Shown in pieces: positions 21,447 to 31,322 of a DNA stretch of 64,000 nucleotides. The stretch is from Candidatus Hodarchaeota archaeon (GTDB lineage Archaea > Asgardarchaeota > Heimdallarchaeia > Hodarchaeales > Hodarchaeaceae), in assembly GCA_016839815.1 (NCBI GenBank), contig JAEOTM010000066.1, forward strand, positions 20,116 to 84,115. Direction: 5' to 3'. Position 1 is the first letter of the stretch. The number at the start of each line of letters is the position of its first letter. The translations under genes were made by a program, and so were the position numbers. The notes beneath the pieces were generated by a model. The model did not search any database and was not told where the DNA came from. It saw only the letters and a list, made by a program, of their open reading frames with translations.

Positions 21447-23087
21447 ATGTTCAGACAAAACGCTGTTTTAAATGATTTTGTAAACTTTCTAAAAGCTCGC
21501 GGTAGATTTCGTGAAATTGAATTTATTGATAATAGCGTTCATGCCACTCCACGAATTCCAGATTTTCCGTCACTAATATTCTACATCGAAGAAACACTTA
21601 CTGAACCGAAACAACAACAATACGTTCTTGAGATCCATGGTAGTGAATCAAGTGTCATGAACAGAGAAATTAAGGAGTTCTTCAGTCTAAATAAGTTAAA
21701 TGTACAAAAAATTCGCTCTAAATTTCATTTGAAAACAGAAATCGAAGAAGAAATAACTTGTGAAGTAACTGGAATAGGTTCCTCATTCGATTCATTTTCA
21801 GAACAAATTCAAGCCTTATTTAATGTTGCACAAGTTACAATCGAGACAACTCAGAAAACTTTGATTTTTGGCTCGGAATCTACGACAAAGATTGCACCTA
21901 GGACAAAAAGACCTTCACAGGTTTCAAGTACTTCGAAAATTTCTACTAAGCAACAAAAACCCACAATATCTCCCGTTATATCCTCAGTCAAATCTAGACC
22001 ATCTTCCGAAAAAATAGGTAAATCAAAATTTGAAAATTCGGCACCTGCAATGAAAACTGGAATAACAAAGCCATCTGAAATTCCGAAAAATACACCCTTA
22101 TACGAGGATCATTCAGATTATCAAGATAATGAAGTGACTGATAAAATAACAGAGAATTTTAATGAACAGGAACTTTTCAAAACACCGCCATCAAATTTGG
22201 TGAAACATCCAAAAGAGGAACAAGATCCGGAAGCAGATTTATTCCGAATGCAACCCCCAGATAAATCATACTCAACTGATGTGGCCCCATATTTAAAGCA
22301 AACTACAGGTTTATTCAGAAAAGATAATTGGGAGGAAGATCTTCCTACAGAAACAGAAATGGAAATATTAGACCGCACTTTTGCGCGAATCAAACATCGT
22401 ACAAAACCTGAAATTCTCGCTAAAGATTTAGATATCCAGATCGAGGAAGCAGAAAAACATCTTCGAAATCTAATCTCAAAAGGACTCCTTAGGACACAAG
22501 TAGGATGGTTTATCATCAAAAAAAGCCACTTACCTTTCTTTAAGAAGACATTTTCTGATTCAAATCGTAAAAAGAAGAAGAAAAAATCACCACGGATATC
22601 TCGGACTGGGGAAGGTCTCACATCAGAAGAAATAGCCACAATCAATGCAATTAAATCTAGACCTAATCTCAAAGCTCAATCAAACTTACTTACACGTCCT
22701 ACAGGGCTAAAACAGAGCATTCTGAAAGAGGTACTAAGAAATTTAGTAGATAAAGGAATACTTAGGGTGTCATATGGGTGGTACATCCTCAAAGATAAGC
22801 ATATTTTGGAGCAAAAAAGAGGAAGTCTAGATCCAGACACAATAATCCCGTCAAAACCTGATTTGAAACTTCCCAAAGGGGTAAAGCTTTCAGATTCTGA
22901 AATTCAAGTCATCCAAGCTCTATTACAGCGTCCACAATATAAAGCTCAATCTAATCTCTTAACCTCAGAGGTTAAATTGTCAAAGGACCAAATTAAACAA
23001 GTCCTAAGGGAATTAGTGGAAAAAGATATTTGTAAAGTCACCTATGGATGGTACACTTTAAAAAATCCAGATGATTTCTTATCATAA
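21447..23087 (+). CDS. Hypothetical protein: N-terminal domain, disordered linker, three tandem winged-helix repeats
   Basis: Three ~60-aa repeats ending LRxLxxK(G/D)xxxxxxGW(Y/F)xxK. Confidence 0.75.
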   Translation: MFRQNAVLNDFVNFLKARGRFREIEFIDNSVHATPRIPDFPSLIFYIEETLTEPKQQQYVLEIHGSESSVMNREIKEFFSLNKLNVQKIRSKFHLKTEIEEEITCEVTGIGSSFDSFSEQIQALFNVAQVTIETTQKTLIFGSESTTKIAPRTKRPSQVSSTSKISTKQQKPTISPVISSVKSRPSSEKIGKSKFENSAPAMKTGITKPSEIPKNTPLYEDHSDYQDNEVTDKITENFNEQELFKTPPSNLVKHPKEEQDPEADLFRMQPPDKSYSTDVAPYLKQTTGLFRKDNWEEDLPTETEMEILDRTFARIKHRTKPEILAKDLDIQIEEAEKHLRNLISKGLLRTQVGWFIIKKSHLPFFKKTFSDSNRKKKKKKSPRISRTGEGLTSEEIATINAIKSRPNLKAQSNLLTRPTGLKQSILKEVLRNLVDKGILRVSYGWYILKDKHILEQKRGSLDPDTIIPSKPDLKLPKGVKLSDSEIQVIQALLQRPQYKAQSNLLTSEVKLSKDQIKQVLRELVEKDICKVTYGWYTLKNPDDFLS

Positions 23088-23317
23088 CCAAGATGAATTC
23101 TTCTGTCAGCAATTAATAATGCTAAAGAAAATAATCATTATTCCTATTGAATGTTGAACGAATTTAGCCTTTTTAGATAAATATCTATTAACTAATTATC
23201 AAAACATCCTCAAAGAACAAATTTTTAAATCATCGAGTTCTATATACATAGGAAACAAAATTTAAAATCATGAATTAATATTGATAAATCGAGACAGAAA
23301 AATCAACGTGGCTAATT

Positions 23318-24061
23318 ATGACTAACAACGATACTACAAAAGAAATAACTCACGAAATTCCATCATCAGAAGAGAAGGATTCAACTACCCCTACAAAACG
23401 GTATCACAATGATAAGTTGATGATTTCTACTCTACTGATTGCTACGGTTATCACATTCCTCATTTACACTGTTCCTGATTGGGTTTTCTTGGAAATTCCA
23501 ACACGTAACATAATTCATGAGCTACTTACGTTTATGGGCATAGAAAATTTACCTATTCCAATGATAGATCCAACATTGCCCCATCTGGCCTCACCTATCC
23601 CTGATTTTTTAAGGGGAGGTGATTTTCCTTTTCTTGAGGCTACCTCACAAACACCAGGAATTCATATTCCATCCACAAATGGAGATTATTGGATAGTGAA
23701 AGCCTGTACAGGTATGCAAGCGGGAGGATTATTGCTAGCTATCATCATGATTACTGAAGCTACTTGGAAGGCAAAGCTTCAAGCAGGTTTTGTATTTTTT
23801 ATTGCACTATTTATTGGAAATACATTACGCATTACCTTTCATCTATGGTGTGTATCGTTTTTGGTCTCACAATTCAATATGAATTCTGAAGACGCCTTTT
23901 ACTGGGCACATGATGTATCTTCAAAGGTGATCGGATTTTTTGGCACGATTCTCTTTGCATTAATTATTGAACGAATGGGAGTTCCAATAATCGATCAATT
24001 TGCAGATTGGTTGGACTGGATATGGTGGAGATTAGAAAAGGGATTCTCGATATTCACTTGA
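23318..24061 (+). CDS. Exosortase/archaeosortase family membrane protein
   Basis: ACTGMQ (Cys), NTLRI (Arg) and WAHD (His) in a multi-TM protein. Confidence 0.8.
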   Translation: MTNNDTTKEITHEIPSSEEKDSTTPTKRYHNDKLMISTLLIATVITFLIYTVPDWVFLEIPTRNIIHELLTFMGIENLPIPMIDPTLPHLASPIPDFLRGGDFPFLEATSQTPGIHIPSTNGDYWIVKACTGMQAGGLLLAIIMITEATWKAKLQAGFVFFIALFIGNTLRITFHLWCVSFLVSQFNMNSEDAFYWAHDVSSKVIGFFGTILFALIIERMGVPIIDQFADWLDWIWWRLEKGFSIFT

Positions 24062-24320
24062 TTATGCCATTAGAGTATATACATCAGATAAATTCGAATG
24101 CTTCCCCTCCTCTCAAGGTGAACTAGGTGTCACTTTCTCGTTTACTTCAGGGAAATATGAGGTGAATTTGAGCATTTTTTTCTTCTAGTCTAGGATTGGA
24201 AATTTTAAACAACTGCTTTAGCCCTTTATCGCGATGTAAAACTTCTTAAGTAAATCCGGATTTAGACTACTTGAAACGATGATCACATCGATCTAGGCAT
24301 TTACGACAGGAGTGTAGAGT

Positions 24321-24497
24321 ATGAGTGTCAGAAAAACAAAAAAACGTGATGATTCTCCGATGCCAGCCACTGGTGCAGGATTGATTAGGTTTTATTCCGA
24401 ATCGGATTCACCAGGGTTAAAAATTGGCCCTTATTGGACAGTTGGACTAGCGATCGTATTTGTAGGACTAATTCTTATATTAAATCTGTTTCAATGA
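24321..24497 (+). CDS. secG: Preprotein translocase subunit Sec61beta/SecG
   Basis: Not in ORF track (58 aa): MSVRKTKKRDDSPMPATGAGLIRFYSESDSPGLKIGPYWTVGLAIVFVGLILILNLFQ; GAGLIRFY...KIxP plus one TM helix. Confidence 0.92.
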   Translation: MSVRKTKKRDDSPMPATGAGLIRFYSESDSPGLKIGPYWTVGLAIVFVGLILILNLFQ

Positions 24498-24562
24498 AGA
24501 CAGGTTGAACAATTTTAGTGTGATTTTTTTCTACATCTTTCTTTAAATTAGGTAAATGAAAT

Positions 24563-25462
24563 TTGAGTAGGTTGGATGTAATAATGGAAGATATTCCCCT
24601 TTCTGAAATAATGACCCAAAAAGAAGATTTAGTTATTATGAGAATACCTGGTAATCGAGATTTGTTGATTGAAGCTATTCGGAAAACAGGGTTAAGCGTT
24701 TATCCTGTGTTAAGAAAGGATTCAGATGAACTAGTTGGAATTCTATCTAGATCAGACTTATTCAGAAATCCAGATGAAACACAACTTTCCCTTCTAATGA
24801 AGCGAAATGTTATCACACTAAACCCCAATGATAATGTCATTGATGCTGCTAGGATATACAAGGAAAATGTTTTCCAAAGAATTCCTATTGTTGAAGATGA
24901 TGAGAAAACCCTTACTGGTTTGGTTGCTCGTAATGATCTCATCAAGAAAGTAATACTAAAAGCTAAAATTCAAACAGATGTTAAAAATTACTTTAATCCC
25001 AATGTGACAACAATTTGGGAAGAAACACCAGTAAATATTGCTGCAAAGATACTTCGTGTTAGTCATCAAAAAGGACTTCCAGTCCTCAATGAATCAGGCA
25101 TGATTGGGATCATCACCCAGAATGATTTTCTAAAGGTTGCAGAAATCTTAGATTCTCAAAGTACAAGTCGAACTGGTCATGGTGCAGAAAATGATAGTTC
25201 CTCCTGGGATAGTGAATCAGTCTTGATTATTGGTTCAAAAACACTCACTCTCCCTAGCAACATGAAAGTAAACGATATTATGGAACGAAATGTGGAATTA
25301 TGTTACACTGGAACCACCATTCACGAAGTTACTAAGAAAATGGTTCAGAAAAACCTCGATCAAATGCCTGTAGTAAGCGTAAGTGGTGATATCTTAGGGA
25401 TAATTAATACACGAGATATAATAAGAGCGTATATTCACGAATATGAGAAGGAGAAGAAATAG
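24563..25462 (+). CDS. CBS domain protein (two CBS pairs)
   Basis: Four CBS repeats (YPVL...VGILSRSDL, IPIV...GLVARNDL, LPVL...GIITQNDF, MPVV...GIINTRDI). Confidence 0.9.
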   Translation: MSRLDVIMEDIPLSEIMTQKEDLVIMRIPGNRDLLIEAIRKTGLSVYPVLRKDSDELVGILSRSDLFRNPDETQLSLLMKRNVITLNPNDNVIDAARIYKENVFQRIPIVEDDEKTLTGLVARNDLIKKVILKAKIQTDVKNYFNPNVTTIWEETPVNIAAKILRVSHQKGLPVLNESGMIGIITQNDFLKVAEILDSQSTSRTGHGAENDSSSWDSESVLIIGSKTLTLPSNMKVNDIMERNVELCYTGTTIHEVTKKMVQKNLDQMPVVSVSGDILGIINTRDIIRAYIHEYEKEKK

Positions 25463-25536
25463 TTCTTCTCAAAAAATAGAATTTTCCAGCGAATAGATGA
25501 AATTCTAGGATTCATTGAGACTATATTTGGAGACGG

Positions 25537-26379
25537 TTGAGGATTATTTTGTCTGTTCATCGATCAATTGCAATTCCTGATTCCGCAGTAAGTGATAACA
25601 GTGATATACGTTCAAAAACTGAAAAACTCTTTCAAATTAGTCGAATTGTAGCAATCTTTCAAGTCCAAAACATCATCATTTACCACGATCCATTCTTGAA
25701 ACCAGCTCGTGCAAACCGTGAAAGAAGAATTATTACTAGAATCTTAAAATATGTTGAATGTCCTCAATACCTACGTAAACGACTGTTTCCCCTCTCACGA
25801 GATACTGCAGCTGTTGGAATCTTGTCTCCTTTAGCAATTCCTCATCATGCAAAAACACGTGATCTGAAACTGAATGAAATTCGAGAAGCTGCGATTTTTC
25901 TGAACCAAAATCGTGTAGTGGCTGATGTCGGAGGTATAGAACTCCTAGAAGTAGAAGGATGGAAAAAATCACTGAAGGAGAAAACTATCCGTGTCACTAC
26001 AAAAATCATCAAGGAAAACGGGAAGTTTAAGGCGAAAATTCTTAAAAATCCTCCCAAAACAGAATATTGGGGATATTCTGTTAATGCATATCAACAAACT
26101 ATGAGTAAAGTATTAGCCAATAGATCTGAATATAAAATCGCTACTTCAAGAACATGTGAACCTTTTTCTAGGCTAAAACAAAAATTAACTTTAAAAAAAG
26201 ACTTAATAATCGCCTTCGGAGGACCATATAGTGGTATTCCCCAATTGTTAAAGGCAGAAGGGAAAAAAATTAGTGATATATTTGATACTTGCGCTAATAC
26301 ACTCAACAAATATGGTACACGATCATTGAGACTTGAGGAAGCAATGATGATAATGTTCAGTCGTCTAGAGGACGGTTAG
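25537..26379 (+). CDS. SPOUT-class RNA methyltransferase (DUF171/SPOUT1 type)
   Basis: IAIPDS, YVECPQYLRK, YWGY and TRSLRLEEA motifs. Confidence 0.88.
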   Translation: MRIILSVHRSIAIPDSAVSDNSDIRSKTEKLFQISRIVAIFQVQNIIIYHDPFLKPARANRERRIITRILKYVECPQYLRKRLFPLSRDTAAVGILSPLAIPHHAKTRDLKLNEIREAAIFLNQNRVVADVGGIELLEVEGWKKSLKEKTIRVTTKIIKENGKFKAKILKNPPKTEYWGYSVNAYQQTMSKVLANRSEYKIATSRTCEPFSRLKQKLTLKKDLIIAFGGPYSGIPQLLKAEGKKISDIFDTCANTLNKYGTRSLRLEEAMMIMFSRLEDG

Positions 26380-26480
26380 TCTCATTCGTCTTTACTGATT
26401 TTCTATCCCGAAATCTTTAAATTTCCTCCTCATTGGAATCAAACTCGTATATAATTAAGTTAAAAGGCTTGAGATAACCT

Positions 26481-26595
26481 GCGGGGGTTCCCTAGCCAGG
26501 TCAACGGGGACAGACTCAAGATTTACCCTCAATTTGAGGTGAATGAAGAGATCTGTTAGTGTAGACTTTCGTGAGTTCAAATCTCACCCCCCGCA
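26481..26595 (+). tRNA. tRNA-Leu(CAA) with 30-nt intron at 37/38 (26521-26550)
   Basis: GCGGGGG acceptor stem, ACAGA-CTCAAG[intron]A-TCTGT, long variable arm, GTTCAAATC. Confidence 0.93.
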
Positions 26596-26698
26596 CTATA
26601 CAAACGAGAAGAAATAACTCATTGGCAATAGGTTCTAAGTGTTCAATGAATTAAAATAGTATCATTTCCCCCCATTAGATGAAGTTTGAGGTTTCAAG

Positions 26699-27343
26699 AT
26701 GAGTACAGAAGAAATTATTCCAGGAATTACTCCAACACGAATGCAATTACTCGAACTTAATCAAAGACTAGAATTAGCTACAAAAGGATATGAACTGCTT
26801 AGTGAAAAACTGGAGGCTCTTACTGGAGAACTACTCACCTCAGTAAATACCTACAAGGATAGAAGGGAAAAAGCTCTTGAAAAAACAAACCAAGCTCAGG
26901 ATGAGTACAGAAAACTAGAGCTACAACTAGGGATTACTGAACTACGGGGAGTAGTATCTAGCTTTAAACAAGCATATAAACTAGAAAGCAAAAGACGAAG
27001 TTTAATGGGAATTTCTGTTCCTATGTTTAATCTAATTGATACTGAAGACGAAAATGAAAAGAGCCTCTCATACTCGTTGAAAAGAACATCTGCAAAATTC
27101 GATAAGAACCTATTTTTGTTTAAAGAATGTCTTCAAGCCATTATACAGTTAGCAGAAGTTCAATCAACTATATCCCGTCTATCAAAGGAAATTATTGAAA
27201 CCAAACGACGGGTTAATGCCTTAAATTATATTATAATTCCAAGGATTGAAGCAACAGTCAAATGGATTCGATTAACTCTTGCTGAACGTGAAAGAGAGTC
27301 GTTTGTTAGATTGAAAAAAGTAAAGAAGAAAATTTCAGGATGA
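26699..27343 (+). CDS. atpD: A/V-type ATP synthase subunit D
   Basis: PTRMQL...GYELL and TKRRVNALNYIIIP...ERERESFVRLK motifs. Confidence 0.95.
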   Translation: MSTEEIIPGITPTRMQLLELNQRLELATKGYELLSEKLEALTGELLTSVNTYKDRREKALEKTNQAQDEYRKLELQLGITELRGVVSSFKQAYKLESKRRSLMGISVPMFNLIDTEDENEKSLSYSLKRTSAKFDKNLFLFKECLQAIIQLAEVQSTISRLSKEIIETKRRVNALNYIIIPRIEATVKWIRLTLAERERESFVRLKKVKKKISG

Positions 27344-27358
27344 GATTATTAATATCCA

Positions 27359-28105
27359 TTATTCTCTTCTAATTCTTCCTCTTCTTGGTCCAGTTCTACG
27401 AGCGGCAATTAAACCGACTTTACGGCCTGGTGGAGCGTTACGGGATACTGTAGTTGGCTGTCCTGGTCCCTGATGAGCACCCCCACCAAAAGGGTGCGAG
27501 ACTATGTTCATTGCTACACCACGGACTACAGGGAACGCTTTATGACCTTTTGCTCTCATGAATGCTCTTTTTAATCCTGCTTTCAAGAATGGACGATCAG
27601 GTCTTCCACCAGCTGAAATAACCCCAACCATTGCTCTTGCATTTTTGTGAACTTGACGAGTATACTTGGAAGGTAATTGGATTGATGGTCCAGATTTTGA
27701 TTGACCACGGACTTGTCCATGGGTTCCTGATGCACGACAAAGTGCACCACCATCGCCTGGTCGCATTTCGATATTGCAGATCCATACTCCCTCAGGGATT
27801 TTGTGAACTGGAACAATATTTCCCACCTCTAATTCAGCTTCTTCTCCTTGTTCACATTTTTGGCCGACATGCACTCCTTCTGGTGCTGGTAATAGGCATT
27901 CATCACCATCATCATAACGGATAAGCATTAGGGGGAGTCCACGACCCATTTCATGGATAAAATCAATGATAGTGAACCCAATTTTTCCAGTTAATTCTTG
28001 TTCTTTAATTGGTAAATAACGTGCTTTTCCCCTTCTTCTATGCGATAACGCACGGAATACTGGAGAACCACGTCCACGTCTTTGTACAAGTATTTTTTTT
28101 CCCAA
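27359..28105 (-). CDS. rpl2: 50S ribosomal protein L2
   Basis: QRRGRGSPVF, VRGVAMN, HPFGGG and PGRKVGLIAARRTG motifs. Confidence 0.97.
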   Translation of the reverse strand: MGKKILVQRRGRGSPVFRALSHRRRGKARYLPIKEQELTGKIGFTIIDFIHEMGRGLPLMLIRYDDGDECLLPAPEGVHVGQKCEQGEEAELEVGNIVPVHKIPEGVWICNIEMRPGDGGALCRASGTHGQVRGQSKSGPSIQLPSKYTRQVHKNARAMVGVISAGGRPDRPFLKAGLKRAFMRAKGHKAFPVVRGVAMNIVSHPFGGGAHQGPGQPTTVSRNAPPGRKVGLIAARRTGPRRGRIRRE

Positions 28106-28118
28106 TCATGTCACCTTC

Positions 28119-28394
28119 TTAAATTATCCCTACTTCTGTCGCGAGATCTAAAGCACTATTTTCAGGGTCAAGTTTAATGAATGCTTTCTTTTTTCCTTGG
28201 GGTGTGATTAGAGTATTTACTTTAACTACAGAAACATTATAGAGTGATTCGAAAGCATATTTTATCTGGTGTTTTGTTGCATTACGATCCACAATGAAAA
28301 CCAATGCGTTTTCAGTAATGCTATCCATTTTATTAAATGCAGACTCTGTGATTAGAGGATATTTGATAATATCTTGGGGATGATCGAATTTCAT
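28119..28394 (-). CDS. rpl23: 50S ribosomal protein L23
   Basis: PLITESA, KVNTLITPQGKKKAFIKL. Confidence 0.96.
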   Translation of the reverse strand: MKFDHPQDIIKYPLITESAFNKMDSITENALVFIVDRNATKHQIKYAFESLYNVSVVKVNTLITPQGKKKAFIKLDPENSALDLATEVGII

Positions 28395-28428
28395 TTAACT
28401 CCAACCTTCGCTTATATAATTCTTATAA

Positions 28429-29223
28429 TTAATTTTTTTCCCATTCTTTAAGATAATCAACAGCTGATTTAGTCCATATCGTTAGTCGTCCAGCATGGGT
28501 TCCTGGAGCTAAGTGTTCAGTATTTAATTGATCGATAATCACAGCATCAACACCAGAAATGTTTCTAGCTGCTCTAAGTATTCCCATATCATTAGCTACT
28601 ACTAACAGTACGGATTTACCATTTTTATATTTCCTTCCACGTCGTTTCCCCTTCCCTGCACGCACATGGGAATTTCTACGTTTTGCTTTTGCTAAATCAA
28701 AGGATAATCCTAAACTCTTAAATGTTTCATAAACATCTTTCGTCTTCTTTAGTGATTCAAGTTCATCTGTCACCACTAAAGGTAAATAATTTACTTCCTC
28801 AATTATATGACCTCGTGATTCCACGAGAATTGGATCGGAAGTTGCGGCAATTGCTGAATTTCTAGCAATTATTCTCTCTTTCTTATTAACTTTTTCAGAA
28901 AAATTCTGATCGGCTTCTGGTGGGTGTGTACGCCTTCCTCCAACAGCAAATGGAATAAGTGCGGCCCGACTGGCAGAATGAGTTCGAGATCCCTTTACCC
29001 GTGGAACTCTAGCAGCCCCACGACCCGTTCCCCAGCTTTCAGCAGAGGTTCGTTTACCTGCTCTAGGATCAACTCCATAAGGAACCTGTCTATTTCGACG
29101 GCTAGATAATACTGCGCGTTTTATTAAATCGGGACGAAAAGGGGCTTGAAATACTTCCGCAAGCTCGATCTTCTCAACTTCTTTTCCTTTAATATTAAAC
29201 ACTGGCACCTTTGTTGATTTCAT
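28429..29223 (-). CDS. rpl4: 50S ribosomal protein L4
   Basis: SAESWGTGRG, RAGKGKRRGR and LAPGTHAGRLTIW motifs. Confidence 0.97.
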   Translation of the reverse strand: MKSTKVPVFNIKGKEVEKIELAEVFQAPFRPDLIKRAVLSSRRNRQVPYGVDPRAGKRTSAESWGTGRGAARVPRVKGSRTHSASRAALIPFAVGGRRTHPPEADQNFSEKVNKKERIIARNSAIAATSDPILVESRGHIIEEVNYLPLVVTDELESLKKTKDVYETFKSLGLSFDLAKAKRRNSHVRAGKGKRRGRKYKNGKSVLLVVANDMGILRAARNISGVDAVIIDQLNTEHLAPGTHAGRLTIWTKSAVDYLKEWEKN

Positions 29224-29247
29224 GTTTCACACAACTCTTCTCTTTCA

Positions 29248-30246
29248 CTAATTTTTTGCAGCAGTGCTGATATAAGTAATTTGTAAGTCCTCTATATCAA
29301 CAGGTTTTGGTCTTATTGGATCTCTAATGCGAATTAGTCTTTTTGCAGGACCAGGAACACTTCCACGGACTAAACAATGACGGCTTACTCTCCCATACCG
29401 TTTGAATCCATTTGAAGGCGTAACTTCTTCACCATCTTCTCCAATTTTTAATATCTGTTTATTAAATTCAGTTCTGGTAAAATTACCTAATTGCCCAGCT
29501 CTAGGCACAGTCCACATAACTCTAGCAGGGTGCCATGGGCCTATACATCCAACAACACGTCTTCCTTTTCGAGTTTTTCTTGGTAAGATTTTTATCCCAT
29601 GTCTCTTAACAGGTCCAGCAAATCCCTTCCCTTTTGTAGTTGCATTCACATCTACAAAATCACTTGCCTTGTACACATCATCTAATGAAATTTTCTTATC
29701 TAAAATTTCCGTTGCATAGTTGAACGCCTCAGAGATGGTGCCTCCAACCTTAATTTCTAGTATATCAGGTTTTTTCTGGGATAAACCAGCCTGTCTTGGT
29801 AGAGTGTGTGCGATAACTCTCACAGCTGTGACTTCATTTAGAGAATCCTTTTCCAGTTTTATTGCCTGTTTTAAGTTTAATTTCCCTTTAGGTACTTGTA
29901 ATCGTAATCCAAGATCCTTTTCAAGTTTTTCACCCCAAATTTGGGTTTTTACTTGTTCTTGGTTTGTTACGGGATCTCTTCTATATGTTCTAACGCCAAA
30001 TATCACAATAGGAGGTGTTTCAATCACAGTTACTGGTACAAATTGCTCCTGTTTATAGTATGGGGATCGTCGATCAGTATTAATCAAAGCAATATGTGTC
30101 ATTCCGGCCTTGTAACCGGCAAAACCTAATAATCTTGACTCAGCCGACGATGTCCAAGTCCTTATCCGAGATGTATGACGAGATGCTTTCTTTCGTCGGT
30201 ATCCTAGAGATCCTCTATGTGGTGCATGTTTTTTTCTGTGACCCAA
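29248..30246 (-). CDS. rpl3: 50S ribosomal protein L3
   Basis: GYKAGMTH, TKGKGFAGPVKR and GPWHPARV motifs. Confidence 0.97.
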   Translation of the reverse strand: MGHRKKHAPHRGSLGYRRKKASRHTSRIRTWTSSAESRLLGFAGYKAGMTHIALINTDRRSPYYKQEQFVPVTVIETPPIVIFGVRTYRRDPVTNQEQVKTQIWGEKLEKDLGLRLQVPKGKLNLKQAIKLEKDSLNEVTAVRVIAHTLPRQAGLSQKKPDILEIKVGGTISEAFNYATEILDKKISLDDVYKASDFVDVNATTKGKGFAGPVKRHGIKILPRKTRKGRRVVGCIGPWHPARVMWTVPRAGQLGNFTRTEFNKQILKIGEDGEEVTPSNGFKRYGRVSRHCLVRGSVPGPAKRLIRIRDPIRPKPVDIEDLQITYISTAAKN

Positions 30247-30686
30247 TGTTTACGCTCTCCTATCTCTAAACTTATTTGAATTTTCTTCTATTGAGAACCG
30301 TATATCTTTGTAGAATCTTATACACGTCTACCTCTTGCTTTTTCGTCAGGGTTTTTTTGTTTTTGTTTTTATCTAGAGTGGTTTACTGCATTTCTCGTAA
30401 GGATTTAGCAGGAAAAAATCAATAAGAAGTTGAATCATCAGTAAAAAGACAAAACACTACTAAAAAACGCATTTTTGATTTTGGGATCCCGATATTCAAT
30501 TGGAATCACCTTTTTTTTCTAACAAAAAATTAAGATCCTTAGATCTTTAATCCTCTGGTTGTATTTATTTTAAAAAATAATTCCCATACTGTATCAAATG
30601 AGCAGAAATTATGATTAGATAATAAAATATGCTTGAATTTTACGTTCTAAATCAATAACTCAAAAAAAAAATCGGAATTAACAAAA

Positions 30687-31322
30687 TTGAATACCGAATC
30701 ATCATCCAAAGACGAAACACCTCCCTCCTTATCTTTTGATATGAAAAAACCTCATTTATCTATTGAAAAACCATTTGCTTCTGATATCTTTGAAAATGGG
30801 TATTTTGGTAGATGGATATCGGAGAATACTCTTAGTTTAGAGCCTGAAGAAATTCTACTTCTCCTTGATAGAGGCAGGATTATTTTAGAATTGACAAATA
30901 CTGGTAAAAGAATTGAGTCAGAAGAATTGGTCGTTCATTTTACATCGCTTAATCCAAATTTCTGGAGTCGATATTTAGTGTATAAAGATTTACGCAATCG
31001 AGGATATGTAGTTAGCATTGGAACACGAATAACAGCTCCATTTAGAATATACTCAAGAGGAGGAAAACCTGGAGAATCTGTTAGTAAGACGGTTATTTAT
31101 CCGATCCCTGAAGGTGAAGATATTGATCTGAATCTTCTTGATCAGATTGTAAAACAATCAAAAATTGATAGAAAAACCTTATTATTATCAGTTATTGATA
31201 GATTAGGAGATGTGACATACTACCAAGCTTCACAGTTGGAACTTGAATTCAACAATCTAGATTATGAGTTTAGAGACGAAATTTCTCCCTCTAATCTTAT
31301 CGAGGAAGAGGAGGAAACATAA
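30687..31322 (+). CDS. endA: tRNA splicing endonuclease family subunit (probably structural/non-catalytic)
   Basis: YLVYKDLRNRGYVV, FRIYSRG and RKTLLLSVIDRLGDVTYY; the catalytic His position reads ESVS. Confidence 0.85.
   Translation: MNTESSSKDETPPSLSFDMKKPHLSIEKPFASDIFENGYFGRWISENTLSLEPEEILLLLDRGRIILELTNTGKRIESEELVVHFTSLNPNFWSRYLVYKDLRNRGYVVSIGTRITAPFRIYSRGGKPGESVSKTVIYPIPEGEDIDLNLLDQIVKQSKIDRKTLLLSVIDRLGDVTYYQASQLELEFNNLDYEFRDEISPSNLIEEEEET

Noticed and set aside
30330-30450. Possible C/D box sRNA on the minus strand upstream of rpl3 (TGATGA ... CTGA)
   Set aside because: The boxes are ~95 nt apart, with no clear C'/D' boxes or guide complementarity; may be ordinary leader sequence.
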